Shown here: positions 19,499-29,266 of the stretch, piece after piece
Numbering within the stretch: the first letter of the stretch is position 1
Layout of the letters: every line of letters begins with the position of its first letter
NCBI GenBank assembly: GCA_034436215.1
Contig: DAOTVU010000060.1
Coordinates: forward strand, 5,994-69,993
Direction: 5' to 3'
DNA length: 64,000 nucleotides
Source of the DNA: Dehalococcoidia bacterium
GTDB taxonomy: Bacteria > Chloroflexota > Dehalococcoidia > GIF9 > UBA5629
Made by a program: the position numbers and the translations under genes
The notes under the pieces: generated by a model
What the model saw: the letters and a program-made list of their open reading frames with translations, nothing else
Database searches by the model: none
Told to the model about the DNA's origin: nothing

Positions 19499-20422
19499 AT
19501 GGAATACGAATTAAGATCTAAGCCCGACTGGTTAAAACCGTTATTCCCATGGAGGCAGAAATTCATCAAGGTCAACGGCTATCATATGGCCTATATCGAT
19601 GAGGGTGACCGCAACGGAAAGCCTGTTATACTGCTATCCGGAAATCCCACCTGGGGATTTCTCTACCGGGATTTTATCAATCCACTGGTTGAAGCCGGTT
19701 ACAGAGCAATTGCTCCCGACTGGATCGGCGCTGGATATTCCGATCATCCACGTATCGATGCCCGTCTGACCGCGGCACACCATATCGCCGACCTGGTTTC
19801 ATTTATGGACCAGCTCGAACTGAGGCGCTTTGTAATAGTGGGTCAGGACTGGGGTGGCCCCCAGGGTGTGGGAGCCGCACTTCAACGCATTGAACGGCTG
19901 ATTGCCGTAGTACTGATGAATACATGGCTGTACGTCGGCTACGTCGGCAAATTCCATTCATCCCCCAGGCCATGGACCACATGGCATGCACCTCTCATCG
20001 GTCAATACCTTCTGAAAAGACACAAGTTGCTCTCACACGGAGGACCATCTGTTGTAAGCAAACGGGGCATGTCAGAAGCCGAAGCACGCGGCTACCACCA
20101 TGTTTTCGATGAGCCGGATTCCGACCACGTGGTTCTGACATGGCCACGAACCATACCAATGAAGGAAGGAGACCGCGGCTGGAAGGATATGCAATACATC
20201 CAGAGTCGTCTGAACGAGCTATCGCAGACACCCATCCTGCTGCTGTGGGCACCCGAAGATAACGTCTTCCCAATGGAGTATGCCGTCAGATTGAAGGAGC
20301 TTCTGCCGCATGCTGAAGGCCCTATCACCTTTGATAAAGCCGGCCATTTTCTGCAGGATGACCGTGGATCGGCGCTGGTTAAAGCCATCATCGAGTTTCT
20401 GAAAAGGAGGTTACCGAAATAG
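19499..20422 (+). CDS. Haloalkane dehalogenase-like alpha/beta hydrolase (DhlA-type, HLD-I)
   Basis: GNPTWGFLYRDFI, nucleophile elbow VGQDWGGP, C-terminal His region. Confidence 0.75.
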   Translation: MEYELRSKPDWLKPLFPWRQKFIKVNGYHMAYIDEGDRNGKPVILLSGNPTWGFLYRDFINPLVEAGYRAIAPDWIGAGYSDHPRIDARLTAAHHIADLVSFMDQLELRRFVIVGQDWGGPQGVGAALQRIERLIAVVLMNTWLYVGYVGKFHSSPRPWTTWHAPLIGQYLLKRHKLLSHGGPSVVSKRGMSEAEARGYHHVFDEPDSDHVVLTWPRTIPMKEGDRGWKDMQYIQSRLNELSQTPILLLWAPEDNVFPMEYAVRLKELLPHAEGPITFDKAGHFLQDDRGSALVKAIIEFLKRRLPK

Positions 20423-20424
20423 CC

Positions 20425-21696
20425 ATGGATTTTATAAAGCCTGCCATTGAAGAACTATCCCATCTCCGTGAAGACCCTCTCCTGGTTGAACAGGAACTCG
20501 ACGTCCGCCCAGATGTTGCCCTGGCGCTGGAAAAAGCCACCGGCATACGCTCGGGACGCGTGTACTGGCGGTCGCAGCATGAATATCTGTACGCTCTCGA
20601 GCTGGGAGATCTGGGCAGAGGAAGGCCATCAACAGCTACCGTGTACGGTTTCTGGGATCGTTATGAGCCCAGGCCGGTTGATAATGAGATCGATGCTGAC
20701 CTTCTGGAATTCATCTACTGGTTTGCCGGTATAACAGAAAGCATTAATCCGGATGATGTTAAACAGACGGTCAAATTCGCACAGATTCAGTCCACCCATC
20801 TGGATGGGACCTGGCCTGCTGGCTCTTTTATGCGCACACCCGATGAGCGTTTTGGCGATCTGCCGGGCTTCGATTATCAGCCGCGATATGTAGATGTCGA
20901 AGGGTTGCGCATGGCCTATTATGAGGCAGGTGAAGGCAATCCCATACTGTGTCTGCATGGCGAGCCTATGTGGGGATACCTCTACCGACGTATGATTCCG
21001 ATCCTTGCAAAAGCGGGACGCGTTATCGTCCCCGACCTTATCGGTTTCGGCCGCTCGGACAAACCGGTTGCGGAAAACGCTTACAGCTATAAATCGCACG
21101 TCCGCTGGATGAAGAAATTTCTCGATGCACTTAAACTTGACCGGATTACAGTTATCGGACAGGACTGGGGCGGCTCGATTGGTCTACGGTTGCTGGCCGC
21201 GTTACCCGGTATCTTCACACACGCAATCTGGATGAATACCGGCATCGCAGGAGGGCTGCCGTTCGGTCAGGCGTTTGCGACATGGAGGCGCTTTTCACAG
21301 GACCAGGTTTTCATGGATGTGCCCGCACTGGTAAAACTATCACTTCAGCGGAAATTAAGCGAGTCCGAGTATGCCGCCTACGGTGCTCCCTTCCCATCAA
21401 AAGAATACTGCAGGGGAGCACTCGTCTTTCCGCGCCTTGTACCCATACGCCCCGATCATCCCGGCACTTACGACAATCTGAAAGCCATCGAAATCCTCAG
21501 GAAACTTGATATCCCCGTGCTTTTGTTATGGGGAGATAAAGACGATATCACCAAACCCGGAGTATATTTTTTGAAATCGATCTTCAAAACAGCAAATGAA
21601 CCGATCGTAATTAAAGGCGCCGGCCATTTTATCCAGGAAGATGCCGGCGAGGAAGTCGCCGATCGCATAGTAGAATGGCTGAAGAACAACAGTTAG
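20425..21696 (+). CDS. Haloalkane dehalogenase-like hydrolase with extra ~150-aa N-terminal domain
   Basis: LCLHGEPMWGYLYRRMIPILAKAGRVIVPDLIGFGRSDKP is almost DhlA-identical block. IGQDWGGS nucleophile. N-terminal domain has no recognisable family. Confidence 0.75.
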   Translation: MDFIKPAIEELSHLREDPLLVEQELDVRPDVALALEKATGIRSGRVYWRSQHEYLYALELGDLGRGRPSTATVYGFWDRYEPRPVDNEIDADLLEFIYWFAGITESINPDDVKQTVKFAQIQSTHLDGTWPAGSFMRTPDERFGDLPGFDYQPRYVDVEGLRMAYYEAGEGNPILCLHGEPMWGYLYRRMIPILAKAGRVIVPDLIGFGRSDKPVAENAYSYKSHVRWMKKFLDALKLDRITVIGQDWGGSIGLRLLAALPGIFTHAIWMNTGIAGGLPFGQAFATWRRFSQDQVFMDVPALVKLSLQRKLSESEYAAYGAPFPSKEYCRGALVFPRLVPIRPDHPGTYDNLKAIEILRKLDIPVLLLWGDKDDITKPGVYFLKSIFKTANEPIVIKGAGHFIQEDAGEEVADRIVEWLKNNS

Positions 21697-23231
21697 ATCT
21701 AAATGAGCAGTTCAAATACGCGCTCCACTTGATGGAGGATACTGGAAAGAGCGTTTTCATCACGGGGCGCGCCGGCACCGGCAAATCAACCCTTTTAAAC
21801 TATTTCCGCCAAACCACAGGGAAAAAAGTGGTAATTCTGGCTCCCACGGGAGTTGCCGCCCTCAATGTACGGGGGCAAACAATCCATTCCTTCTTTCGAT
21901 TCAAGCCCGATATCACGCCGGAAAAGGTTAAAAAACTCCGCTTCGATAATGATAATAAAAATATCTATAAAAAGCTGGATACGATCGTTATCGATGAGAT
22001 CTCCATGGTACGGGCAGACCTGCTCGATTGTGTGGATAAATTCCTGCGATTGAACGGACCGATGTTTGATAGGCCATTCGGAGGTCTGCAGATGATTTTT
22101 ATCGGAGATCTTTATCAGCTACCCCCGGTTGTAACCGGTGCTGAAAAAAAGGCCTTCACGGGCATTTATGAGACGCCTTATTTCTACAGCGCCGCTGTAT
22201 TTAATGCCATGGAAGCCGAGTTTGTAGAGCTGGAAAAGGTTTACCGGCAACATGACGAAGCATTTATAGACCTGCTTAATTCCATCCGGAATAGATCCAT
22301 TACTGAGGAGGGACTAAATCTGCTAAACCAGAGATATATCCCGGACTTCAAACCTCGCCCGGGCGATTTTTACGTTTATCTTACCACTACCAATGCCCTT
22401 GCCGATGAGATCAATAACAAAGAGCTTGCAAAGCTGAAAGGCAAACCCCACACATTCACCGGCCTCATCGAGGGTGAGTTCGGCAACGAATACCTGCCGA
22501 CGCTGGTCGATCTCAATGTTAAACCGGGGTCGCAGGTCATGATGCTGAACAATGATGCCCGCGGGCGCTGGGTAAACGGGAGTATAGGAAAAATCACCCG
22601 CATAATCCAGACAAGAAATGAGGACCCGATTATCGTCGTTGACCTGAAAAACGGCGAAACTGTGGATGTTACACCCCACACATGGGAAGTATTCCGCTTT
22701 TTTGCCGAAGAAGGCGAGCTGCGCTCGGAGGTCATCGGGAGCTTTACGCAGTATCCTCTCACGCTTGCCTGGGCATTGACCATACACAAAGGGCAGGGCA
22801 AGACTTTCGACAGAGTGATTATCGATATCGGCAAGGGAACATTTGCCCACGGCCAGACATACGTGGCACTGAGCAGATGCACCACGCTAAATGGCATCGT
22901 GCTGAAACAACCAATCCTGAAAAAACATATATGGACGGATCGCAAAGTGGTAGATTTCCTGACGAAATATCAGTACAAAAAGGCAGACCAGGCCCTTTCT
23001 GTAAATGCTAAAGTCGAGATAATAGAGAATGCAATCAGAGATAAGAAATTGCTTGAGATAGTATATCTTAAGCCGAACGATGAAAAATCCATCAGAATTA
23101 TAAAACCCGAGTGGGTGGGCGATATGGAGTACGGGGGCAAGTGCTATCTGGGGATGCAGGCATTCTGCATGAAGCGTAATGAGGAGAGGGTCTTCCGGGT
23201 CGACAGGATATTGAAAATACGGGTAGTGTAA
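21675..23231 (+). CDS. Pif1-family SF1B helicase with C-terminal WYL domain
   Basis: Walker A GRAGTGKST, DEISMV, QLPPV motifs. C-terminus GKCYLGMQAFCMKRNEERVFRVDRI matches the WYL consensus (…WYL…R.FRLDRI). Confidence 0.75.
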   Translation: MAEEQQLDLNEQFKYALHLMEDTGKSVFITGRAGTGKSTLLNYFRQTTGKKVVILAPTGVAALNVRGQTIHSFFRFKPDITPEKVKKLRFDNDNKNIYKKLDTIVIDEISMVRADLLDCVDKFLRLNGPMFDRPFGGLQMIFIGDLYQLPPVVTGAEKKAFTGIYETPYFYSAAVFNAMEAEFVELEKVYRQHDEAFIDLLNSIRNRSITEEGLNLLNQRYIPDFKPRPGDFYVYLTTTNALADEINNKELAKLKGKPHTFTGLIEGEFGNEYLPTLVDLNVKPGSQVMMLNNDARGRWVNGSIGKITRIIQTRNEDPIIVVDLKNGETVDVTPHTWEVFRFFAEEGELRSEVIGSFTQYPLTLAWALTIHKGQGKTFDRVIIDIGKGTFAHGQTYVALSRCTTLNGIVLKQPILKKHIWTDRKVVDFLTKYQYKKADQALSVNAKVEIIENAIRDKKLLEIVYLKPNDEKSIRIIKPEWVGDMEYGGKCYLGMQAFCMKRNEERVFRVDRILKIRVV

Positions 23232-23351
23232 AAAGGCGATCACCATAAATGGCGGAGGCAATTGATACAACCGTTAATTTGCAGGAACAGATACGAATTT
23301 TTGACATAGGCTGAGAAAATATGTTAAAATTATAAATAAAGTTGAAAGCAT

Positions 23352-23373
23352 GCCTCCGTATGGAGGCTTTTTT
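23352..23373 (+). terminator. Rho-independent terminator after pif1 (GCCTCC-GTAT-GGAGGC + T6)
   Basis: Perfect 6-bp GC stem followed by TTTTTTG. Confidence 0.6.
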
Positions 23374-23488
23374 GTTGCCCTTTAATATATGCGACAGCAA
23401 ACATCTCTTTTGCATTACCCGATTTGCCAGTATTTTTTCAACTCATTATACTCTTCACAGGTACAAGCTTAATGTTTGAGAGGTTAAC

Positions 23489-24475
23489 ATGATAAATTAT
23501 CCCAGGCCTTTTTCAGTCTTATTCGCGCTGTTTATTATTGCTCTGGTGTTAGTTTCATGCGGCACCAGTATCACCCATCACCCTTCTACGCTTCCGAGCA
23601 GGATTGCCTATTCTTCAGACCGCGACAACACCGTACACGTCTACACGATTAAGCCCGATGGAACCGACAACCGCTCCACGTCAAATGATCCTCAGATACT
23701 TGATGGATTGCCCACATGGTCACCCGACGGCACAGTGATCGCCTTCACCTCCAACCAGGCCGAAGACTTTGACCTGTGGATAATGAAAGAAGACGGCAGC
23801 AACCGCCTGCGGCTGACGTCTATGAAGGGGTGGGACGGATCACCAAGATGGTCTCCAGATGGTGGCAAAATAGTTTTTGTCGGCGAGCGCAACAACGCCG
23901 AAGGCCATAAGAGTTTCGAGATATTCATTATGAATTCCGATGGCAGCGGGGTTAAACAGCTTACCGACAGCGAATCATGGGGGCCCGAAGCCACAGGCGA
24001 TACCGGGGGACATGAGGAGCCTGTGCGATGGAACGGCTGTCCAACCTTTTCACCCGATGGAACTAAAATCCTCTTTGCCTCCAACCGCGGCGGCGACTAT
24101 GCCAGGCCCGTTCTCTACATTATGAATCTCGATGGCAGCGATCAGAAGAAATTCGGGTTCCCGTTTGAGATCGACGGCACCGATGCAGACTGGTCACCCG
24201 TCACCAACCGGATCGTTTTCTGCAGAGGAACGGCGGCCAAAGGCGAGATCTGGGTTATGGACGGCGGTTCTCCCTTCCCCCTCCTGACAGCCAAAAAAAT
24301 CACAAATAACACGGACAACAATCAAAATCCGGTCTGGTCGCCCGACGGCACGCAGATAGCCTTTGTCTCCGACACCTACGGCAACGACGACATTTTTATC
24401 ATGAACGCCGACGGCACCAACATCCGCCGCCTGACCTACGATAAGTCCAACGAGAGACATCCTTCCTGGCGGTAA
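23489..24475 (+). CDS. TolB-like periplasmic beta-propeller (PD40/WD40-like repeats) protein
   Basis: Signal peptide. Repeated WSPDG(T/G)xIAF/VFV motifs. Confidence 0.7.
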   Translation: MINYPRPFSVLFALFIIALVLVSCGTSITHHPSTLPSRIAYSSDRDNTVHVYTIKPDGTDNRSTSNDPQILDGLPTWSPDGTVIAFTSNQAEDFDLWIMKEDGSNRLRLTSMKGWDGSPRWSPDGGKIVFVGERNNAEGHKSFEIFIMNSDGSGVKQLTDSESWGPEATGDTGGHEEPVRWNGCPTFSPDGTKILFASNRGGDYARPVLYIMNLDGSDQKKFGFPFEIDGTDADWSPVTNRIVFCRGTAAKGEIWVMDGGSPFPLLTAKKITNNTDNNQNPVWSPDGTQIAFVSDTYGNDDIFIMNADGTNIRRLTYDKSNERHPSWR

Positions 24476-24508
24476 ACACCACCCGCACACTAACCGTCAT
24501 TCTCCAAC

Positions 24509-24538
24509 TTGACATTAGTACATTTGTTCTATTATAAT
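24509..24538 (+). promoter_or_regulatory. Sigma70-type promoter TTGACA-N18-TATAAT with embedded LexA-box-like palindrome AGTACATTTGTTCT (GAAC-N4-GTTC class)
   Basis: -35 at 24509-24514, -10 at 24533-24538, palindrome 24517-24530 in the spacer. Lies 35 bp upstream of the small ORF + dnaE2. Confidence 0.4.
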
Positions 24539-24571
24539 CGGATCACGCCTCTATAAAAGGAGAGTGGATCT

Positions 24572-24820
24572 GTGGCCAGACTGATCGATGAACCGATAGT
24601 TGTGCATGTCAGCGGCGAGTACAGTCCGGCGGCCTTCATCTGGCGTAAGCGTGTTTACCGTGTAACCGAGATACACGACTGGTGGCGCGAGCCGGCGGAA
24701 TGGTGGAACGGCGAGCCGGTGTGCCTGATCATCCGCCTCAGTGCCGGCGCCACCGCTTCGGGTCTTTATGAGCTATGCAAGCGCGGTTCCGGCTGGTATT
24801 TGCATCGAGTCCTTGACTGA
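24572..24820 (+). CDS. Small Trp-rich hypothetical protein (82 aa) co-operonic with dnaE2
   Basis: GTG start with AAGGAGAG RBS. Stop 20 nt before dnaE2 GTG. No recognisable family. Confidence 0.5.
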   Translation: MARLIDEPIVVHVSGEYSPAAFIWRKRVYRVTEIHDWWREPAEWWNGEPVCLIIRLSAGATASGLYELCKRGSGWYLHRVLD

Positions 24821-24839
24821 TCTCGAGGTGTAAACGAAC

Positions 24840-27800
24840 GTGTCTTTTGTACATCTTCATGTGCATTCTTATTACAGCTTTCTTGATGGTGCCGTCAGCC
24901 CGGCCGGTCTGGTGGACAGGGCGGCTCATTTCGACATGCCGGCACTGGCGCTTACCGATCACAACCGCCTTACCGGCGCCGTAAAGTTTTACGACTGTGC
25001 CCGCAGGGCCGGGATCAAACCAATCATCGGAGCCGAGATCGAGGTTGAGGAAGGGTACCACCTTACCCTTCTCTGCCGTGATATGACGGGCTACTCTAAT
25101 CTGTGCCGTCTGCTTACATCCATGCACTGTGATAAAAAGGGCAACAGGCCTGCTGCCACACGCAGCCTGCTGGCCGAGCGCAGCGAGGGGCTGATAGCGC
25201 TGTCAGGCTGCAGTCGGGGTGAGATACCCTCGCTGTTAAGAAAAAGAGAGATAAGGCTGGCAGAGGCAGCCGTCAGCTATTACAGAGAGGTTTATGGCGA
25301 TAATTTTTTCATCGAGTTATTTCGCTACCCCAGCAGGTACGGTACGCCGCTCTGTTGTGCACTCTATCAGTTCGCCAGAGACCGGTGTCTGCCTTTTGTG
25401 GCTACCAACAATATCCACTATGCGGGTATGCGCGACTACCGGCTGCATGAGCTTCTACGGGCGATTGACCTCCTCACACCGGTGGCACAGCTACCCGGCC
25501 CCCGTACGGTTGAACAATACTTCAAGTCACCGTCCGAGATGGAGCGGCTGTTTAAAGATTTTCCCGGTGCCACTGCCATGTCACTGGAGATAGCTGCCCG
25601 CTGCAATCTTGAATTGAAGCTCGGCATCCCCCGGATTCCCGAATTCAACCTCCCCACCGGTAAGAAAGCCTCAGCTCTCCTGCGCAGGCTGGCAGTAGAA
25701 GGAACAGAACGCAAATACGGCGAATTAACCCCAGATATAAGAGATCGACTGGAAAGAGAGCTCAACACTATCGAAGAACTGGGCTTCGATAGCTATTTCC
25801 TCATAGTCCATGATATCGTCCGCTGGGCCAGGGCGCACGGCATACGCTGTCAGGCACGCGGCAGTGCTGTGGACAGTCTGGTGGTCTATGCACTGGATAT
25901 CAGCGTAGTGGATCCCATCCATTATAACCTGCTATTTGAGCGCTTCATGCACCCGCTGCGCGGAGAGCCACCCGATATCGATCTGGACATCGACCGCCGC
26001 CGGCGCGATGAGGTCCGAGACTATATCTATAACAGGTACGGGCGGGACAATGTTGCCTGCGTGGCTACCGTGAACACTTATATGGCACGCAGCGCCATCC
26101 GTGATGCAGGCAAGGCACTTCAGCTGCCGCAGGCAACCATCGATGAAGCCTGCAGCGGCATACACTACCTGTCCGCCAGAAGCCTTCTGGAAAATGCAAA
26201 ATCCCTGCCCGAGCTCAGGCACAGCACCGTTTACAGACGTCCCGAGCTCAGGGAGTTCTTCGATCTGTGTGCTGCCATCGATGGTTTCCCCAGGCATCTC
26301 TCCGTACATCTGGGCGGGCTGCTCATTGGTGAGGGATATCTCTGCGACATCGTCCCGCTCGAGCCTTCCAGTGGCGGCGATGTCATCAGCCAGTACGATA
26401 AAGACGACATTGAAAGGCTGGGACTGGTCAAGCTGGACCTGCTGGCATTGCCGACCATTACTGTCATCGAGGATACGCTATCCAATATCAAACAATCCCG
26501 CGGCATCGAGCTAAATATCGATACAATACCACAGGATGATCAGGCCTGCTTTACCATGCTCCGGGAGGGCCGAACCATCGGCGTCTTCCAGCTCGAGTCG
26601 CCGGCACAACGCGAGATGGCCGGCAGGTTGCTGCCGCAGAGCTTCGACGACATTGTAATCTCCATCTCACTGGTAAGGCCGGGGCCGCTCAAGTCCAGCA
26701 TGGATAAGGTCTATCTATCCCGTCGGCACGGAAAGGAACCCATCAGCTATCCGCATCCCAATCTAAAGGATGCTCTGGAGGAGACGCTGGGTGTTATCCT
26801 GTACCAGGAACAGGTGCTGCGTGTAGCCCATGACCTGGCCGGCATGAGCTATGCGGAGGCAGACGGGTTCCGCCGCGGCATGACCCACAATCGTACCGTG
26901 GAAGAAATGGAGAAGATGCGTTTGACTTTCATCAATCATGCTATGAAGAACAACATTGCCCGGAGCGTGGCAGAGGAGATATTTGAACAAGTGGCCGCCT
27001 TTGCTGCCTACGGGTTCTGCAAGGGACATGCCGCAGCTTATGCTGTACTCGCCTATCAGACGCTCTGGCTCAAATGCCACTATCCTGCCGAATTCTTCGC
27101 CGCCCTTCTTTCCAACCAGCCCATGGGTTACTACCCTCCCCGCGTGCTGGTGTCAGATGCCCGGCGTTGCGGCATTACAATCCTCGCTCCCGATGTGAAT
27201 CACCCCTGTAATCACTACCAGGTCGAGAATGGAGCCATTCGAATAAGTCTTGCACAGGTAAAGGGAATCACGTCGCAAACACTATCTTCCATCATCCGTG
27301 AAAGAGAAAAGGGGCCGTTCACTTCCCTCCTCGACTTTGTAATGCGGATCGAGGCCAGCCGGCCTGAGATCGAGAACCTGATCAAAATCGGAGCACTCGA
27401 TGCCCTGGGTGGACGGGGCGATATGCTCGCCAGATTACCCCACATCCTTCTTTATAAACACCATACTCATCATGCCGGCCTTTTCTCCATACAGGATATC
27501 CACAGCAGTGCAGAACAGCCCAATTCTGTATCCACCAATGCCGGTAAAACCCGGGTTAACTATAAACAGGACATACGGGCATCGCTGCTTGCCGAGCGAG
27601 AGATACTCTCACTCGACCTGTCGGGGCATCCACTGGATTTCTGCAATCTTGACGAAGGATTTACCCGTATCAAGGATCTGCAGTTCTTATCCAGCGGGCA
27701 ACAAGTCAGGGTTGCCGGCTCCGTTATACGCTATCAGACACCACCCACCCGCAGCGGCAGACGCGTGGTGTACATCATCATGGAAGACGGTACCGGGGTG

Positions 27801-27965
27801 GTAGATGTGACCGTTTTCCAAGATGTCCAGGAGAAATTCGGCAGGGTGCTCTTCCGTTGCGGCTGGCTGGAAATCAGGGGCAAAATACAACGCCGCGGCC
27901 CCGGGGCCCTATCCCTCATTGCAGACGAGATAAAACCGCTCAGGTCGGGCACAATACCGGCCTAA
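24840..27965 (+). CDS. dnaE2: Error-prone DNA polymerase, DnaE2/ImuC-type PolIII alpha (PHP + polymerase core, no tau-binding tail)
   Basis: N-terminal PHP motif HLHVHSYYSFLDGA. 1041 aa (shorter than replicative DnaE1). FGFCKGHAAAYA and DIDLDI polymerase motifs. Confidence 0.8.
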   Translation: MSFVHLHVHSYYSFLDGAVSPAGLVDRAAHFDMPALALTDHNRLTGAVKFYDCARRAGIKPIIGAEIEVEEGYHLTLLCRDMTGYSNLCRLLTSMHCDKKGNRPAATRSLLAERSEGLIALSGCSRGEIPSLLRKREIRLAEAAVSYYREVYGDNFFIELFRYPSRYGTPLCCALYQFARDRCLPFVATNNIHYAGMRDYRLHELLRAIDLLTPVAQLPGPRTVEQYFKSPSEMERLFKDFPGATAMSLEIAARCNLELKLGIPRIPEFNLPTGKKASALLRRLAVEGTERKYGELTPDIRDRLERELNTIEELGFDSYFLIVHDIVRWARAHGIRCQARGSAVDSLVVYALDISVVDPIHYNLLFERFMHPLRGEPPDIDLDIDRRRRDEVRDYIYNRYGRDNVACVATVNTYMARSAIRDAGKALQLPQATIDEACSGIHYLSARSLLENAKSLPELRHSTVYRRPELREFFDLCAAIDGFPRHLSVHLGGLLIGEGYLCDIVPLEPSSGGDVISQYDKDDIERLGLVKLDLLALPTITVIEDTLSNIKQSRGIELNIDTIPQDDQACFTMLREGRTIGVFQLESPAQREMAGRLLPQSFDDIVISISLVRPGPLKSSMDKVYLSRRHGKEPISYPHPNLKDALEETLGVILYQEQVLRVAHDLAGMSYAEADGFRRGMTHNRTVEEMEKMRLTFINHAMKNNIARSVAEEIFEQVAAFAAYGFCKGHAAAYAVLAYQTLWLKCHYPAEFFAALLSNQPMGYYPPRVLVSDARRCGITILAPDVNHPCNHYQVENGAIRISLAQVKGITSQTLSSIIREREKGPFTSLLDFVMRIEASRPEIENLIKIGALDALGGRGDMLARLPHILLYKHHTHHAGLFSIQDIHSSAEQPNSVSTNAGKTRVNYKQDIRASLLAEREILSLDLSGHPLDFCNLDEGFTRIKDLQFLSSGQQVRVAGSVIRYQTPPTRSGRRVVYIIMEDGTGVVDVTVFQDVQEKFGRVLFRCGWLEIRGKIQRRGPGALSLIADEIKPLRSGTIPA

Positions 27966-28702
27966 GTTCCACCCATCCTTGGCCAACCTACAGCAGTAAG
28001 GTAAAGCACACTCTCCTGCTGGCCATCAACATCTATAATCGAGTTGACTTCATCATCATAAACAGCAGCCACAGGGCAACTTCCCAGCCCCAGCCCTGCT
28101 GAAGCCAGCGCCAGGTTCTGGGCGATATGCCCCGCATCCAGATAGATGTATCGATAGGCGCGCTCGCCATACTTATATTTACACCGGGCAAACACCGCAG
28201 TCCAGATAAATACGACGCCGGCACGTGCACAGAATGCCTGACCCATAGCGGCTGATGAAATACGCTGGCTGTAATCGCCCAGATGCAATTGCTCAAGCTC
28301 ATGCTCTCTGATACCGTAATGATAGATACCTTTTCCCAATCCCGCCACATTATTAACAACCACGTACGTCTCCACAGGGTAAAGCGCGCCTGCCGAAGGT
28401 ACAGTGCGGAATTCGCAGCCATTTTCAATTCTCTGGATACCCGTAGAAGCCCATAATAGATAGGATAGCTGTTCCAGCCTGATCGGAGCAGATGTAAATG
28501 TCCTTACACTGCGGCGGCGCCTTAAAGCATGATCAAGGAAAATCTCAACATCCATTCGGGCAAGAGGCAGCTTAATTTTTATACTGGCAGGGTAGATTTT
28601 ATACATGTCCGGCTCTACCGCGGGTTTGTTCTCCCACCGCGGCATCTTAAATGGATAGTATTTCGTCTCCTGTTGAAAACGATCGCCTATCCCTTCGGCC
28701 AT
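27962..28702 (-). CDS. SagB-type dehydrogenase (nitroreductase superfamily)
   Basis: RRSVRTF, YPVETYVVVN, GLGSCPVAAV motifs. 246 aa. Confidence 0.7.
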   Translation of the reverse strand: MAEGIGDRFQQETKYYPFKMPRWENKPAVEPDMYKIYPASIKIKLPLARMDVEIFLDHALRRRRSVRTFTSAPIRLEQLSYLLWASTGIQRIENGCEFRTVPSAGALYPVETYVVVNNVAGLGKGIYHYGIREHELEQLHLGDYSQRISSAAMGQAFCARAGVVFIWTAVFARCKYKYGERAYRYIYLDAGHIAQNLALASAGLGLGSCPVAAVYDDEVNSIIDVDGQQESVLYLTAVGWPRMGGT

Positions 28703-28767
28703 TATTTATCTCCTTTATGGTTTTATTTTACTTCAACAGATAATTCCTGTTAAACGTTCCGAAAAGC

Positions 28768-28797
28768 AGAAGGCGCCCGGGAATCGGGCGCCTTCTG
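28768..28797 (-). terminator. GC-rich hairpin AGAAGGCGCCCGG-GAAT-CGGGCGCCTTCT (candidate terminator of small-peptide gene)
   Basis: 13-bp perfect stem, 4-nt loop. Confidence 0.4.
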
Positions 28798-28821
28798 CCG
28801 TAGGAGGAGAACCGCAGAAAA

Positions 28822-28950
28822 CTATAACATGCAAGTTATCACAGCTACTGCGCACATGATTAAAGCCAGACAAACCACCATCGACCAGAAAAGGGCCATG
28901 GCCTTCCAATCCGTCCTAATTGTGGTGACCATGGTCTTAAGTGCCATCAT
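28822..28950 (-). CDS. Small hydrophobic peptide (42 aa, one TM, 4 Cys)
   Basis: MMALKTMVTTIRTDWKAMALFWSMVVCLALIMCAVAVITCML. RBS AAGGAAAGGA 5 nt upstream. Below the ORF-track size cutoff. Confidence 0.4.
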   Translation of the reverse strand: MMALKTMVTTIRTDWKAMALFWSMVVCLALIMCAVAVITCML

Positions 28951-29080
28951 TTTTCCTTTCCTTACTTTTTAACTTTTATCTGAGAATTATTTTATTTCCC
29001 ACCTATATGTTAAACAATAGCGTAACCGTACTGGTCTGTCTGTGACGTTAGTACTAATTCAGCGTCATTCCCATCGCCAT

Positions 29081-29111
29081 AAAATAAAAAAGGGGACGGA
29101 ATTCCGTCCCC
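29081..29111 (-). terminator. Rho-independent terminator: perfect palindrome GGGGACGGAATTCCGTCCCC followed by T-run on minus strand
   Basis: 20-bp perfect palindrome. Minus strand reads hairpin + TTTTTTATTTT directly after the 43-aa peptide gene. Confidence 0.6.
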
Positions 29112-29134
29112 TTTCAGCCGGTAATGCTTCAGAC

Positions 29135-29266
29135 TTACAGAGCAATGATAACACCCATGATTATCAAAGCAGCCAGCAACAGCCCATCGGCAATCATGCC
29201 ACCTGTCAGCAACCTTATTCTGCTGTCCTTTTTCCAGATTTCGCCGAAATTAATTCTCTGTTCCAT
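29135..29266 (-). CDS. Small membrane peptide (43 aa, single TM)
   Basis: MEQRINFGEIWKKDSRIRLLTGGMIADGLLLAALIIMGVIIAL. Strong SD GGGAGGT 7 nt upstream. Own terminator downstream. Confidence 0.45.
   Translation of the reverse strand: MEQRINFGEIWKKDSRIRLLTGGMIADGLLLAALIIMGVIIAL

Noticed and set aside
25294-27804. Multiple 70-140-aa ORFs on both strands inside dnaE2
   Set aside because: All overlapped by the 1041-aa polymerase ORF with clear PHP/polymerase motifs. They are shadow ORFs.
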